Assembly: GCA_039096225.1 (NCBI GenBank)
Contig: JBBPEB010000033.1
Location: 248,001 to 312,000 of the forward strand
Length of the DNA stretch: 64,000 nt
From: Blastocystis sp. Blastoise
Taxonomy: Eukaryota; Protista; Bigyra: Opalinata
Direction of reading: 5' to 3'
A program made the position numbers and the translations under genes. The notes beneath the pieces are model-generated. The model had not been told where the DNA came from. It saw nothing but the letters and a program-made list of their open reading frames with translations, and ran no database searches. Shown here one piece after another: positions 1 through 24,653 of the stretch; the stretch's first letter is position 1; each line of letters starts with the position of its first letter.

Positions 1-891
1 AAGGATGAGTTGGACATAGATTGCAGTACATTTTATATATAATTATATTTATATGTCTAATTCAGGTATCATTTATTATATATTCTTTTACATATAACAT
101 AAATATATAATCGTGTAGTATTTGATATGGAAACTTGTTTTGTTCCTATTTTTACACTTATAATAGTAAATACAGTTTATTTCTTGTAATATGTTATTAT
201 GTATTATTATAACAATATACGTTTCCTTCAGTATTGAACGAGATATTCAATTCATATGTTTAACTAATTGTTATTCATTCTCTACATTCATGAAAAGACT
301 ATTTATTGTGTTATATATATATATAACTTATATTATATATATTATTATCCACAATCAACTAGTTATTATATAATCTTTTAAACATTAGTTTTTATTAGAC
401 TATTCTATTATATACATTGATATAGATATGTATATATAATATTATTTAAAAAATATATAGTATTATGATTCTTCACTCCTTATGATTGCTAGTTATTATC
501 TTATAATAGATTCAACAACAAATTATGTCAATCACTAATTGATTCTATAAGTCTTCACTAGTAATGAAACACACTAAAAGTATTTTTAAAATAGATGTTT
601 ACAATAATACATAATATATTATATATATAGTATTGTTTTTCATTTTTAAAATTAAATGTAACCTAACAATATTACTATTAGAAACATTGCAAATATATGT
701 TAAGAATCTGATATCAGAGAACTCTATTAATGAACATAGAATGAAGACTATCAAGATATATATATAAATAATGAATATATATATAGTATAATATTGAAAA
801 AGAGTGATTTATATATATAGTAAAAAGAATGAAATAGAATAACAGAATGCAAATAATTGAATTGTTTAAAATGATTTGAAGTGATATTCTA

Positions 892-2621
<1,730 letters not shown>

Positions 2622-2931
2622 GATGTTCAGAACAAAATAAAAATAAAATCGTCCTAGTAACTGGATGTTTTTCTTCATTCTTTTTTATAAATTGGTTATT
2701 TTAAAATTTCTATAGTAACTAGAAGGACACAACAATAGTATAAATAAAAGTACGTTAATGTTTTAAAGACTGATCATATGAATGGCAACAAGAAATATAC
2801 GTAATACTTAAAAAAGAAAGAAATGAATAAAATGAAAATATAAAGACAAGAACAACGAGAAAAATGAATGAAAACAAATATAAATTTATATTTGAATGCA
2901 TAGAGAACAAAAAAGACGAAAAAGAAAAAGT

Positions 2932-7018
<4,087 letters not shown>

Positions 7019-8082
7019 TGTTGGCCTAATCCAATATATAATCTAAATGAGAGAATCTTACTTTATTCAAAAAGTAACCAAAAGAAAAATACTTGTCTTC
7101 ATCACCAAAGCAACTGTCTTAAACCATTGGTGTTCAATCAAATTATCTCCGCTATAAACTGAGTTTTACCACGATTAACTCTCTCTTTTTTTGTGGTTCT
7201 TTTTGTTCGTTTTTTTTTTGTTTTCTTATTATAGAATTCTGTGTTTCATTCTTATTCATTCTTTAATTTTCAGGCTTTATTTTTTTAATACTGTTTTATT
7301 AACATGATTTAGGTTTTTCTTGCTTTATGAATATAATAAATAAAATCAATTTTCGAATAAATTTAACAATACATTCACTTTAAAAAATAATTTTGGTTTC
7401 AATATGTTATTCAGAAATAATTTATAGATTCATACATTGAAATTGATTTTGACTGGAGTAGTATCAACTAAGAAAAAGAGAATATAAGCATAAATGAAGT
7501 GATTCATTGAAGTATTTTAAAATAAAACATGCTATACTCAATGCTACGAAGTATTAATTTATCTTAAACTATTTGAAGAATTATTTATGAGCAAAAAAAT
7601 AAGAATATATTTTGGTAGCTTGGAAATGTTTTCGCATAATCCATATAAAATAACCTAGTGCAATCCAAGCACTTATATCAGTGCTATTCATATGAATAAT
7701 TCAAAGAAGACAATATTCGATAAAGAATTAAAATGATAAATGGGTATATTTCATAAATCTAAATATTTGATGCTATCTCAGAGTTTATCTCAATATAGAC
7801 AGTTCACAAAGCATTTTTATATCTCACAAATGAAAAATCATTTAGTTAATTCCAAGAGTAATGTATATATGTAAAAGAGATATGATATCACTGTATTATA
7901 TCTAACATAAAATTCCTATATTTTTAAATATATTGATGATAAGAATAATAAAAAAGGATGAAACTAAAAATAGAAAATGATGATTACATTTTGAATAGAT
8001 TATCCGCGGGACGACCTGATATGTCTATGGGAAAAACAAACAGTGAATCATTAAGAGTATTTATGCTGATATTTACGTCATC

Positions 8083-11908
<3,826 letters not shown>

Positions 11909-12197
11909 ATATATATATATATAAACATATATAAATAAACATTATATTACTAGTAAACTATAGTATTCTATATATAGTTTCTATTTTAAATATATTTATA
12001 TATATAATCTTTTCATATCTATTGTTATTATTATCATTCACTTTTTTCTTTTCTTCCAAGTGTCAATAAATTCTTTATATTGTTTTTGTTTTGCTTATAT
12101 ATATATATAATCCACATTCATTCTTTATTCAAGTAATATAATATGTTTCTGCTTTTATTATAAGATTATTCTATAGTATTCTGTATACTTATAATAT

Positions 12198-12428
12198 GAG
12201 AAATTGACTAAGTGCGCATCCCATACCATTTTTACGTTAACTTTGCGCGGTGATTTTATTGGCTAATTAGACTTTAACCAATCAGATTTATAATAATTCT
12301 TCTTTCATTTTTGCATTATTTATCATATGAAAGATGTTCTATAAGAACTTGACTATTTTCTATAAGAACTTGACCTTCATCGTTTTTTTTGTCAAGTAAC
12401 CCTTATATTCGATCGTCGAATTCTATTC
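12198..12428 (+). repeat. Left terminal inverted repeat (231 bp)
   Basis: Exact reverse complement of 17116-17346 on manual comparison. Contains ATTGG and CCAAT boxes and a tandem TTCTATAAGAACTTGAC duplication. Confidence 0.95.
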
Positions 12429-13411
12429 TTATTGATAACTCAAAATAATTTTCTATTGGTTGTTATTATTCAAGTTATTTATCGATTTATTATAGTTATT
12501 TTATATTATTTAACTTCTATTTTTACACGAATAAAGTTTTTACTTATAACTTATTACTATTTATAAATATTAGAGTAAACAGAATTCGCATTAACGATTT
12601 TCAAAATAATTCTGATTGCTATTAATTGTAGCATTTTTTGTAAATGAAATATTATCATAACATCGTAGTTATTAACCTTTGAGAGCTATGATATTTTAAA
12701 ACGAAATTTATAAATAATTAATAATTAAATAGAAATAATTAAATAGAAATATTTTTTTTATTAAGTGGTGTTACTTAAAAAAATAAATATTGTTAAAATA
12801 TTTTTTGTTAACTACTTTAAATGCTGTAATGAATACATTATTAGTATTTGAAAAATATTGTGACGAGACATAGTAATGCACATGAATTATATATTCTATG
12901 TTTCAAATTCATATTATATTCAGTATTGGATAGCTATTACAACTATAAATAGGTAAAAAGGAATTTAATAAGACTTTTAAAAAGAAGATTAGTTTATAAT
13001 TCACTGGTTTATTGTTTTGATGTTGTTTATTTATCATGAGTTACCACAATATAGTTATAAGACAATAATCATAATTGTTATTATTAGAAATTTCACTTAA
13101 TGATACATGATTAACGCATTCTCTTTTATGTCAAGTATTAAACACAGATTCTGTTTTGTTTACACCATAAAAATGTCTATATATTTGATTAAACCATTTT
13201 TATAAAATAACAATAGACAAAAATACGCTTTTATTCAAAATTAATACACTACATAAATATTAGTAAAACTATATCTATTTTTCTTATTTATAAATGATTA
13301 TATAAATATATATATCTCATAGAGTGATATATATATATGGAAGTATTATATACTTTCCTAAGAAGATAAATATAACAGTTTCAATATCAAATTTATTAGA
13401 AGATCTATAAA

Positions 13412-13479
13412 TACTTAAGTCAGGAATTGAACCTGAAAAGAGTCTGATGAGACTATTCCTTACCATAAAAGCTTAAGTA
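13412..13479 (-). ncRNA. tRNA-like structured element (atypical tRNA, pseudo-tRNA or tRNA-like domain)
   Basis: Minus strand reads TACTTAAG CTTTTATGGTAAGGAAT AGTCT CATC AGACT CTTT TCAGG TTCAATT CCTGA CTTAAGTA. It has an 8-bp acceptor-like stem, a canonical T-arm with B-box GGTTCAATTCC and a D-loop-like TGGT. The anticodon arm is non-canonical. Confidence 0.65.
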
Positions 13480-13520
<41 letters not shown>

Positions 13521-13677
13521 TAATAATATAATATGAGTTAGAGTTATTATTATATATCTGCATATATATATTAACTGTAATGATAAGTAACTTAATAGCA
13601 TAAAATCTTATATATATATATATGATATCATAACCAATATGTAATAATAAAATGTTTTCCTAACATGACAACTTATA

Positions 13678-16310
<2,633 letters not shown>

Positions 16311-17115
16311 ATAACAAATATATATATATATATATATACATTAATATTAATTAACTGATAACCATATAACCTATATATATATAATTATAGCATAATATAA
16401 TAAAAATAATAATATATTACAAGATAACATATGTATAATAAAAAATAAATAAACTATTCTTTAAAAAAAATAAACATGAATAAATGATTGAAAATGTTTA
16501 CAAAACAATATATATAGACAATAAATAGAGAGAATAAATTAAATAAATAAAATACATAGAAATGCGCAATGTGCACAAAAAAAAAAGATAATACATTAAA
16601 AAATTATATATAATTTAATAGAAAATGATAAGTATATACAGGAGAAGAGTAGAAAAAACAACGAAGACGAACAAAAACACAATGGGAGATTTGCAACGTA
16701 CAAATAGATTATCTTACACCAGAATCAAAACCACACACACAGCATAGAGTTCTAATATTATCAGCAGAACAGAGCCAATCTATATAAAGAAAATAAAAAA
16801 CACAAGAATCTACATTGTGTTGAATAGTTACAAACTTACAATTCTGACATTAAGGGATCCATAGGATCATACTACTTAAAAAACAAGGCCATAACAACGC
16901 TATGAGAAATTAGTTGATAAATAAAAGAAAATATAATAACCACTAAAAATTAGTTTGAGTTATCAGTAAGAAATTTTCAAACTCTTTAATAACTCATTTT
17001 TAGTAAATTCTAATAGAATTCTATGAATTTAATTAGCAAATTATTTCATTTCGACTTCTTTACTTAAAATGATTGGCTAAATATTAAATTTTGTTCCTAA
17101 AAATCAATTACTTTC

Positions 17116-17346
17116 GAATAGAATTCGACGATCGAATATAAGGGTTACTTGACAAAAAAAACGATGAAGGTCAAGTTCTTATAGAAAATAGTCAAGTTCT
17201 TATAGAACATCTTTCATATGATAAATAATGCAAAAATGAAAGAAGAATTATTATAAATCTGATTGGTTAAAGTCTAATTAGCCAATAAAATCACCGCGCA
17301 AAGTTAACGTAAAAATGGTATGGGATGCGCACTTAGTCAATTTCTC
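17116..17346 (-). repeat. Right terminal inverted repeat (231 bp)
   Basis: Exact reverse complement of 12198-12428. Confidence 0.95.
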
Positions 17347-19133
17347 TTATAATATACTTATTGTGAAAACAAAAGATCATTTAATGAAATAATGAAGATA
17401 AATATTAACACAGAAAATAAATGTTTATTATTATAATTAAAAAAATGTTTGTTCTAAATCTTATGTATCATTTTTTCAATATATTGATATATATATGATA
17501 CTCGTAGTATTATCTTCTCTATTATAGTATTCTGTATAAATATATTTACATTAGCATAGCTTATTCGTATATCATAGCATCGAAAATAACAATAATAATA
17601 CTAATAGTAATATATATAAATATTATTCAAACAAAACAAATTGATATCAATAATAAAGTTGATAGGCATATAGTATGCACAATAAACGCCTTTTAATAAT
17701 AAAGAAAACAGTAGCTATTAAATATATTGATAAAAGAAAATGTTGTAATAAATAGAAAAATAATAGAATAAAAAACATCTAGTATAGACTATATTAAAAA
17801 TAAAATGAAAACGATAAATAAAAAAAAATGAAACAATTACATAAGTAAAATAATTGAAATCATATAACAATATATATATAATCATAAAAGAATTATGATT
17901 TTTAAAAAAGCAAAGCGAATATGTATATATACATATAAAAATAATAATGAATATGTATAATTTTTAAGCATTATACATATATAAAGTGAAATAGTATTAA
18001 TATATATATATATATATTTCTAATCAATAGAAAAAGTAGAAAACTTTAAATATACATATGTCTTTTCATATTATATGCTATTAATAATACTATCTTTATA
18101 GAGAGTAATATAAAGAAAGGTGAAAACGAAGAAGAATAAGAAAAAAAGAAGAATAAAATAGAATTTGAATTATAAATAGATAAAACAAGTCAAATTTTGA
18201 AAAAAAAATGTAAACTTTAAATAAAATGATTTGAATATATACATAGAAACTAATAAAAGAAAAAAGAAATAGAATAAAAGAAAGCATAATCATAAATAAT
18301 TGTTAATAATAATATATATATATAAAGAATTGTATAATATATCATTACAGGAAAAGGAAAAGCCTATAAATATATATATAAACAGAAATAATAGTAAGAT
18401 TATATATATATAAATTGGAAGAAAATAGAGTGAGAAGATATCTGCATATTATAGTGAATAATCGCGGGGAACTGATTATTCTTTGTAGCTTATGTAAAAA
18501 GTGTTAAAAATAAATACTACAATATATTTATGTGAATAATCATGAGAAACGAATATAGAAATCCTTAAAAATATATAAAAATGATAGTGTATATAAAGTA
18601 ATATAGTATGTATACTCATATACAATATAAAAATAAAAACATAAAAACAAAAAAAGAAGCCTATTTATATATATATAGTAAATAATTGATCTATATTCTT
18701 ATGTGTAGAATAATTAATATTCTATATATATATTAATCGAAAAAAGAAAAACCCCGCCAAATAAACTACTATCTGACAAGAGAGTAGCTATTAAAAAATG
18801 GCGGGAAATTGATTTGAATGAAAATATTAATTATAAATAAATATATAACAAATATACAAATATATAATGAATAAAAATGAATATATATATATATAATATT
18901 GTTGATACTATGATATATAAAGAAAACAAAAACGATAAATAAGAAATTAGAAAAAGATGAGTTCTAATATATATATATATATAGATGAAGTAAAAGCGGA
19001 CTAATCAAAATAAAGAGGAAATAATCGTTTGAATCAGCAGAAATAAATCAATAAAGAAGAGAGTGAGCTCAATTCTTATATTTAATAACCACGGGAATAT
19101 GAAGTAAAATAAGAGAATATATACATATATATA

Positions 19134-19670
19134 TTATCTTGTGGATTCTAGAAGGTTTTTTACATATTTATATTGAATATATCTTTGTTCTACAATACAT
19201 CTCTCCGCATTATTCAACTATATATATATATATACAAATAAATAAAGTATAAACTATATATATAAATATATATATATACAAATAAATAAAGTATAAACTA
19301 TATATCTATATATACTTCACGTTTCAATTCAGTTTTACATGCATTTTCAAACATAATTAATTGCATTTTCATTTCTCGTTTTATTTTCCTCAATATAGTC
19401 GCGGGAAACGTATCTATTTCTTCCCGTTTATAATCCCATACATTTCCGTGAATAAATTTATTGCTAATATCAAGAATCAGGTGAATTTCCTTCTCTGGAA
19501 TTCCAAAATAAGCGGGTGTTTTCGACGTATCAGGTGATGAGCACGTGCTAGGATCAGATTTAGATACATAATTTTGCATGTCACGTGACACGGGAGTTTG
19601 AGGATTTAACGCACGTGCATTGTTCGAAATACGAGACAATTTTGGTGGTAATTCAGGAACTAAATGAATG

Positions 19671-19706
<36 letters not shown>

Positions 19707-21297
19707 TTACTAGAACGAAGAATAAATGTAGCCGTTTGCTATATATAAAGGAATATATATATAAAGGAATATATATATATACAGTTAAAGCAGGATCTAA
19801 GAAACACTGTGTGGGTAAACACGAGTTCCCGCGGGGATTATCGTGATAATAAGGAGAGGATATATTGCGAAGAGTTGAGTTTGTCATTGATGTTGTATTC
19901 CCGTGGTTATTATTAGAAATATGAGTATCATAAGATTGTTGTGAATGAGAGATATCAGTTAAAGTGACTTTATTATTATTATTATGATTATGATTATGAT
20001 TATGATTATGATTATTATTATTAGTATCCGTCTTAGGTGAAAAGGACTGACTCATGTGATCATGTGCCATACCAATAATAGTCGCAAAATGAGAAGAAAC
20101 GATTTTCTATATATATATATATATATATAATACATTATATATATACACTTGTATTAATATATTTATTGATGACATATGTAGAGAGTGAATGAGGTATTTG
20201 TGGGGAATCCGAGAGAGTAGAAGTAGGAGAATAGAGAGTCACGTGATTAGGAACAGGAATCTATAATAGCAATAGTGTATATAATAAATAAATAATAAAA
20301 TTATGTATAATAAATAATAAATAAAGTATATATATATATAATTACTTGAAAGAATAGTCCTCCCTTGTTAAAAATAGTATTTAAAAATAAATAAATCTAT
20401 AGAATAGATAATAAATATTATTTAAAAAAAAAAATTAAAAATAAATAAATAAATCTATAGAATATATAATAAATATTATTAAAAAAAAAATTAAAAATAA
20501 ATAAATAAATCTATAGAATAGATAATAAATATTATTAAAAAAAAAATTAAAAATAAATAAATAAATCTATAGAATATATAATAAATATTATTTAAAAAAA
20601 ATAATTAAAAATAAATAAATAAATTTATAAAATATATAATAAATATTATTAAAAAAAAATAATTAAAAATAAATAAATACGCTTGGTAGTCCTTGTTTAT
20701 GTTTAATAGACATATATGTGCCTCTAGCGGGTCTACAGATTGATGATCCAAGATATTCGACAAGGGAGGATAATGAGAGATAGGAATGAGTTAATATATA
20801 AGAAAACAATGAACTAATTGAATGGAGAATTTGACGAGGTCTAAAGTTATTTAAGATCTTATTAAGAACAACATATACTTTTCTTCAACTTGGAGTGCTA
20901 TACTACAGACATCTGCAGATGAAAGTTCATTCTTTTGATTCTTTGTATAAGTACTTTGTTTATTATGAATTCGATTTTCAATAAATTCATAATCAATTAG
21001 AGGTTTCGAGAGTCGACAAAATATATATCTTAAAGTTGCAAGTAGCAAACTAGGATTTTGAACAGTACTAATATCATCAGGTTGATCTACATACATAATA
21101 TGAATATAAGTCATATACCCAATACATATATAAACTTACCTAGTAGACGTGATATCTGAACTTGTGGAACTGTTTCAAAAAATGTTTCATCGAAACAATC
21201 TACATAAATAAATCACTTTTAATGAATATAAAATACTAAAGCAAAACAGCCTATCAATTATAAATGCTGTCTCAGTTAAATAGAAAGAGTCATCCAT
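19134..21297 (-). CDS. FAM13-like protein (degenerate RhoGAP-like N-terminus plus FAM13-type C-terminal motif), multi-exon
   Basis: LATLRYIFCRLSKPLI resembles the RhoGAP LK.YLRELPEPLI helix. The C-terminus LRKIKREMKMQLIMFE...KRELNNAERCIVEQRYIQYKYVKNLL resembles the FAM13 C-terminal motif. Confidence 0.6.
20385..20680. repeat. Intronic minisatellite (~60-bp unit, about 5 copies)
   Basis: Unit approximately AATAAATAAATCTATAGAATAKATAATAAATATTATTAAAAAAAAAATTAAA. Confidence 0.85.
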
Positions 21298-21403
21298 CTA
21301 AATTATATAAAAAACAGCATTCAATAAAAATATAGTAATTGAGATAAATCATGATTATTTGTTGTTTTTAAAAAAAATTTCATATTGTTTTATTCGATTC
21401 ATA

Positions 21404-22076
21404 ATGGAGAAGCAGCTTTTATCTTTGGTGATTGTGATTGTTGCATTCTCATTAAATGTGATTCTTGTTCTTTTATCCGTAAATAAAGCAGATTATTACA
21501 CATTACTGTCGTTTTAGTCACAAACAGGTAATATTATTAACGAAAACGAATGCAAGCAAAATATAGAACAAAGAAGTAGCAAGAATGACGTATATTCATT
21601 TATGATTAAGTAAATAATTTTAGTTTTATTATGATCGTGAGTATTCGATGACTTCTACTTTGCGAGAATATGAGAAGAAAGTATTTTATTTCAATTTATG
21701 TATTCATTTATGTATAGATAAAAGATTTAGAAAAGATTATTATTGTAAAAGTAAATTCATTTTAGTATTTTATAATATAATGAATATAATTAAGGATGAG
21801 AAAATTTCAAATTTAAATATAAAGATTGATCTTCTTCAAGAAGAATTAACGAAAACCATGAAACTTGTGACAAAACAAACTTTGGTATATATTATGATTC
21901 GATTTATGATTTATTGTTATTTAATAAATTATATTCTATATTCCTATTTGTTTTTATTTTAATTATATATATAGAATTCTACAGTAGAAGATCAACGTAT
22001 ATATATTATATAATATATATAGTATATGTATATATAGACTCAATTCATGATATACAATTAGAAGATATCACTAGAG

Positions 22077-22109
<33 letters not shown>

Positions 22110-22903
22110 CTTAGTTACAATATCAATATAATAATGATTATAAGAATGATGATAATTATTATGAAGAAGATCTTGAAAAAGTACCAGCACCTAAAGTATA
22201 TATATATATAATTGTATATATTCATTACTAAGAGATAGTTTATATATATATATATTTGTTTCTATTATATAATGAATATATATAATAGCCTTCTAAATTA
22301 CGTGATATAACCGTGGTTATTATTAATGGTAATTGCGAGGGAGGTATGAAAATTGCCAGTTCTACTCTATATAAGTATATATGTATATTATATATGTATT
22401 ATAAATATGTTATATATAATAATTCAAGTTATATTACATTTATCTAGACTTTATATATATATCTATAGACTCAATCGTTTCTACGAAGTCGTTAAAATTC
22501 ATCTGAACTCTGTATATATATATATTATTATTATTATTATTATTATTATATAGAGTACAGATATAAATGCATCTACGTTAGTTAGCCAGTATATATAATG
22601 CTTTCTATATTCTATATATATATTCTATGTATAGACGATTATCATCAATATCGACGAAATACACTCTCATCGTCGATTCCACCGTACAATTCTCCTTAAA
22701 CACAAATATCGACCGTTTACGATCGGCTCTCGAGACGAATAAGGTATATATAGTTGGAGGAATGGAAGAGGAGGGAAATCTGGTTCAACCAATGGCATTC
22801 GATGTATATATATATATATATATTTGTTATTATTATTCTATATATAGATATATAAACATAATAATATTCTTGAATATCGACGAGGATATCATGCTATTCT
22901 TCC

Positions 22904-22937
<34 letters not shown>

Positions 22938-23650
22938 ATATATGTATATATATAGGTAATTGTATTGAGTGTGACAGAGCAGGTCATTTCTTCTTAGCAT
23001 ATACGAATGTCTTAAGAGAATTGTGGACTAAAGACACTCTACCTCTCTCTCTTGCTATTGATAGTATGTAATTATCATAAGAATAATAATCATTATTGTT
23101 ATAATAATAATTATAATCATAATCATAATAATAATAATCTTCATATTTTATATATAATAATCATAATAATAATATATATAGGTTTATATTTGGAAGCTAA
23201 ATATTTTGATATAAAAGTAGGAAGTTGTCCTGTGTCTATATTTAAATATGATAAGCACATGACATGCAATCCATTCATTCCCGAATGGAATAGTATTCCT
23301 GAAGAAGCTAGAACGTATGTTCTGTTCTATAATTATTTATTTATAATTATTATATATTATTATTATTATTATATATTATTATTATTATTATTATTTATAA
23401 TTATATCTATAGTCGCTTTGCTCTGAAGCATAGTATACAAGTATATAAAGATATCGAAGAAGAGACACATCTATTCCATACCTATATAGAGAGAGAAAAG
23501 TCTTCTTCTGTATATTTATCTCCTTATACATATTCATCGTGGAGTCATATGCTTTCCACGACGACAACCCTCCTCAATCAAAATAGAGTTCCTTACGTAC
23601 TCTCCGGGAGTATATATATATATATATATAATATTATATATATATATATA

Positions 23651-23695
<45 letters not shown>

Positions 23696-24498
23696 GAGCT
23701 TATAGGTGGTTTGTCTATTGGAACGCCAGTTCCTTGGGATAATAAACTTCGAGTATTCTATATATATGTATAGAGTACTATATATATATAGGTAACAACA
23801 TTAGAACCTGCATTTTCATCGAATTCAACATGCGATGATCTTGATATTTCCTCTTCAATGTCAGAGTATATAGTTACGTCAAACAGTTTGAAAGCACATA
23901 AATCAAGAAAATATTGTTTCACACTCTCTCCTGATCTTATTTTACCCGATGTCAATGATATTACTGATGAAAAAGAAAAAGAAGCTTTGGTCAATTCGAT
24001 TCGAATTCCAGGAGATAAACGAGTTCCATTCGCTGATATGGAGGTGACACACCCTGTGAAAGTGAGGGATCTTCCCGGTCATTTATTACCGCTTAAAAAG
24101 ATGAAGTTTATGAATACATATGTGTTTATACCTAATAATCCTGTTCTCTATTTAGAACAAGTATATATATATATATATATATAGACTTATAATCATATTA
24201 ATTCATTTATTATTTTATTTATAGGAACTTGGTGAAACAACAGATACAGTATATATATATATAATATATATAAAGAATATTATTCTATCTCTTTTTCTCT
24301 ACATATTTCAATTATATTTATCTATAGAGATTAGAGGAGATTCATTTATTTAAAAGTAAATTGGCAGGAGATGATGATGAACAAGTGTGGCCAACATGTA
24401 CTGCTGAAGAAGCATCAGAGACATCTTCGAAATGTATTCAATCTCCATATGAAGCGTCTCAATATATACTGGATACTCTTCTTCCTCTCCTTAACTAA
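21404..24498 (+). CDS. LicD/fukutin-related (FKRP-like) type II membrane protein, multi-exon
   Basis: N-terminal TM and coiled coil, CDRAGHFFLA, KVGSCP, ELIGGLSIGTPVPWDNK (LicD GTLLGA...PWDxD-like), LLPLKKMKFMNTYVFIPNNPVLYLEQELG. Confidence 0.7.
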
Positions 24499-24653
24499 TA
24501 AACATTATTATTTACTTTTCTTCTTTTCTCTTTTGTATAGTAGATACTATAACTATCTTATAATAAATAGCTAGTTGAATTCTTTAGTGTATACTCAATA
24601 AAAAAACAAAACAAAATAAATGCAACATACACTAATATTAGTAAATGATGTCT

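Noticed and set aside
13434-13452. Hammerhead ribozyme core (GAAA and CTGATGA) or C/D-box snoRNA on the plus strand
   Set aside because: Only 5 nt separate GAAA from CTGATGA, leaving no room for stems I and III. There is no downstream GAAA or D box. The motif is simply the complement of the tRNA-like hairpin.
13412-13479. tmRNA or tRNA-Sec
   Set aside because: No G3-U70 alanine identity pair; too short and lacks the long variable arm of tRNA-Sec.
18745-18810. E2F-like sites (CCCGCCAA / TGGCGGGAAA)
   Set aside because: They lie 3' of a gene with no identifiable downstream start, so they cannot be supported from sequence alone.
20385-20680. CRISPR-like array (also 9490-9620 and 57195-57350)
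   Set aside because: Head-to-tail intronic minisatellites without unique spacers, in a eukaryotic context with no cas genes.
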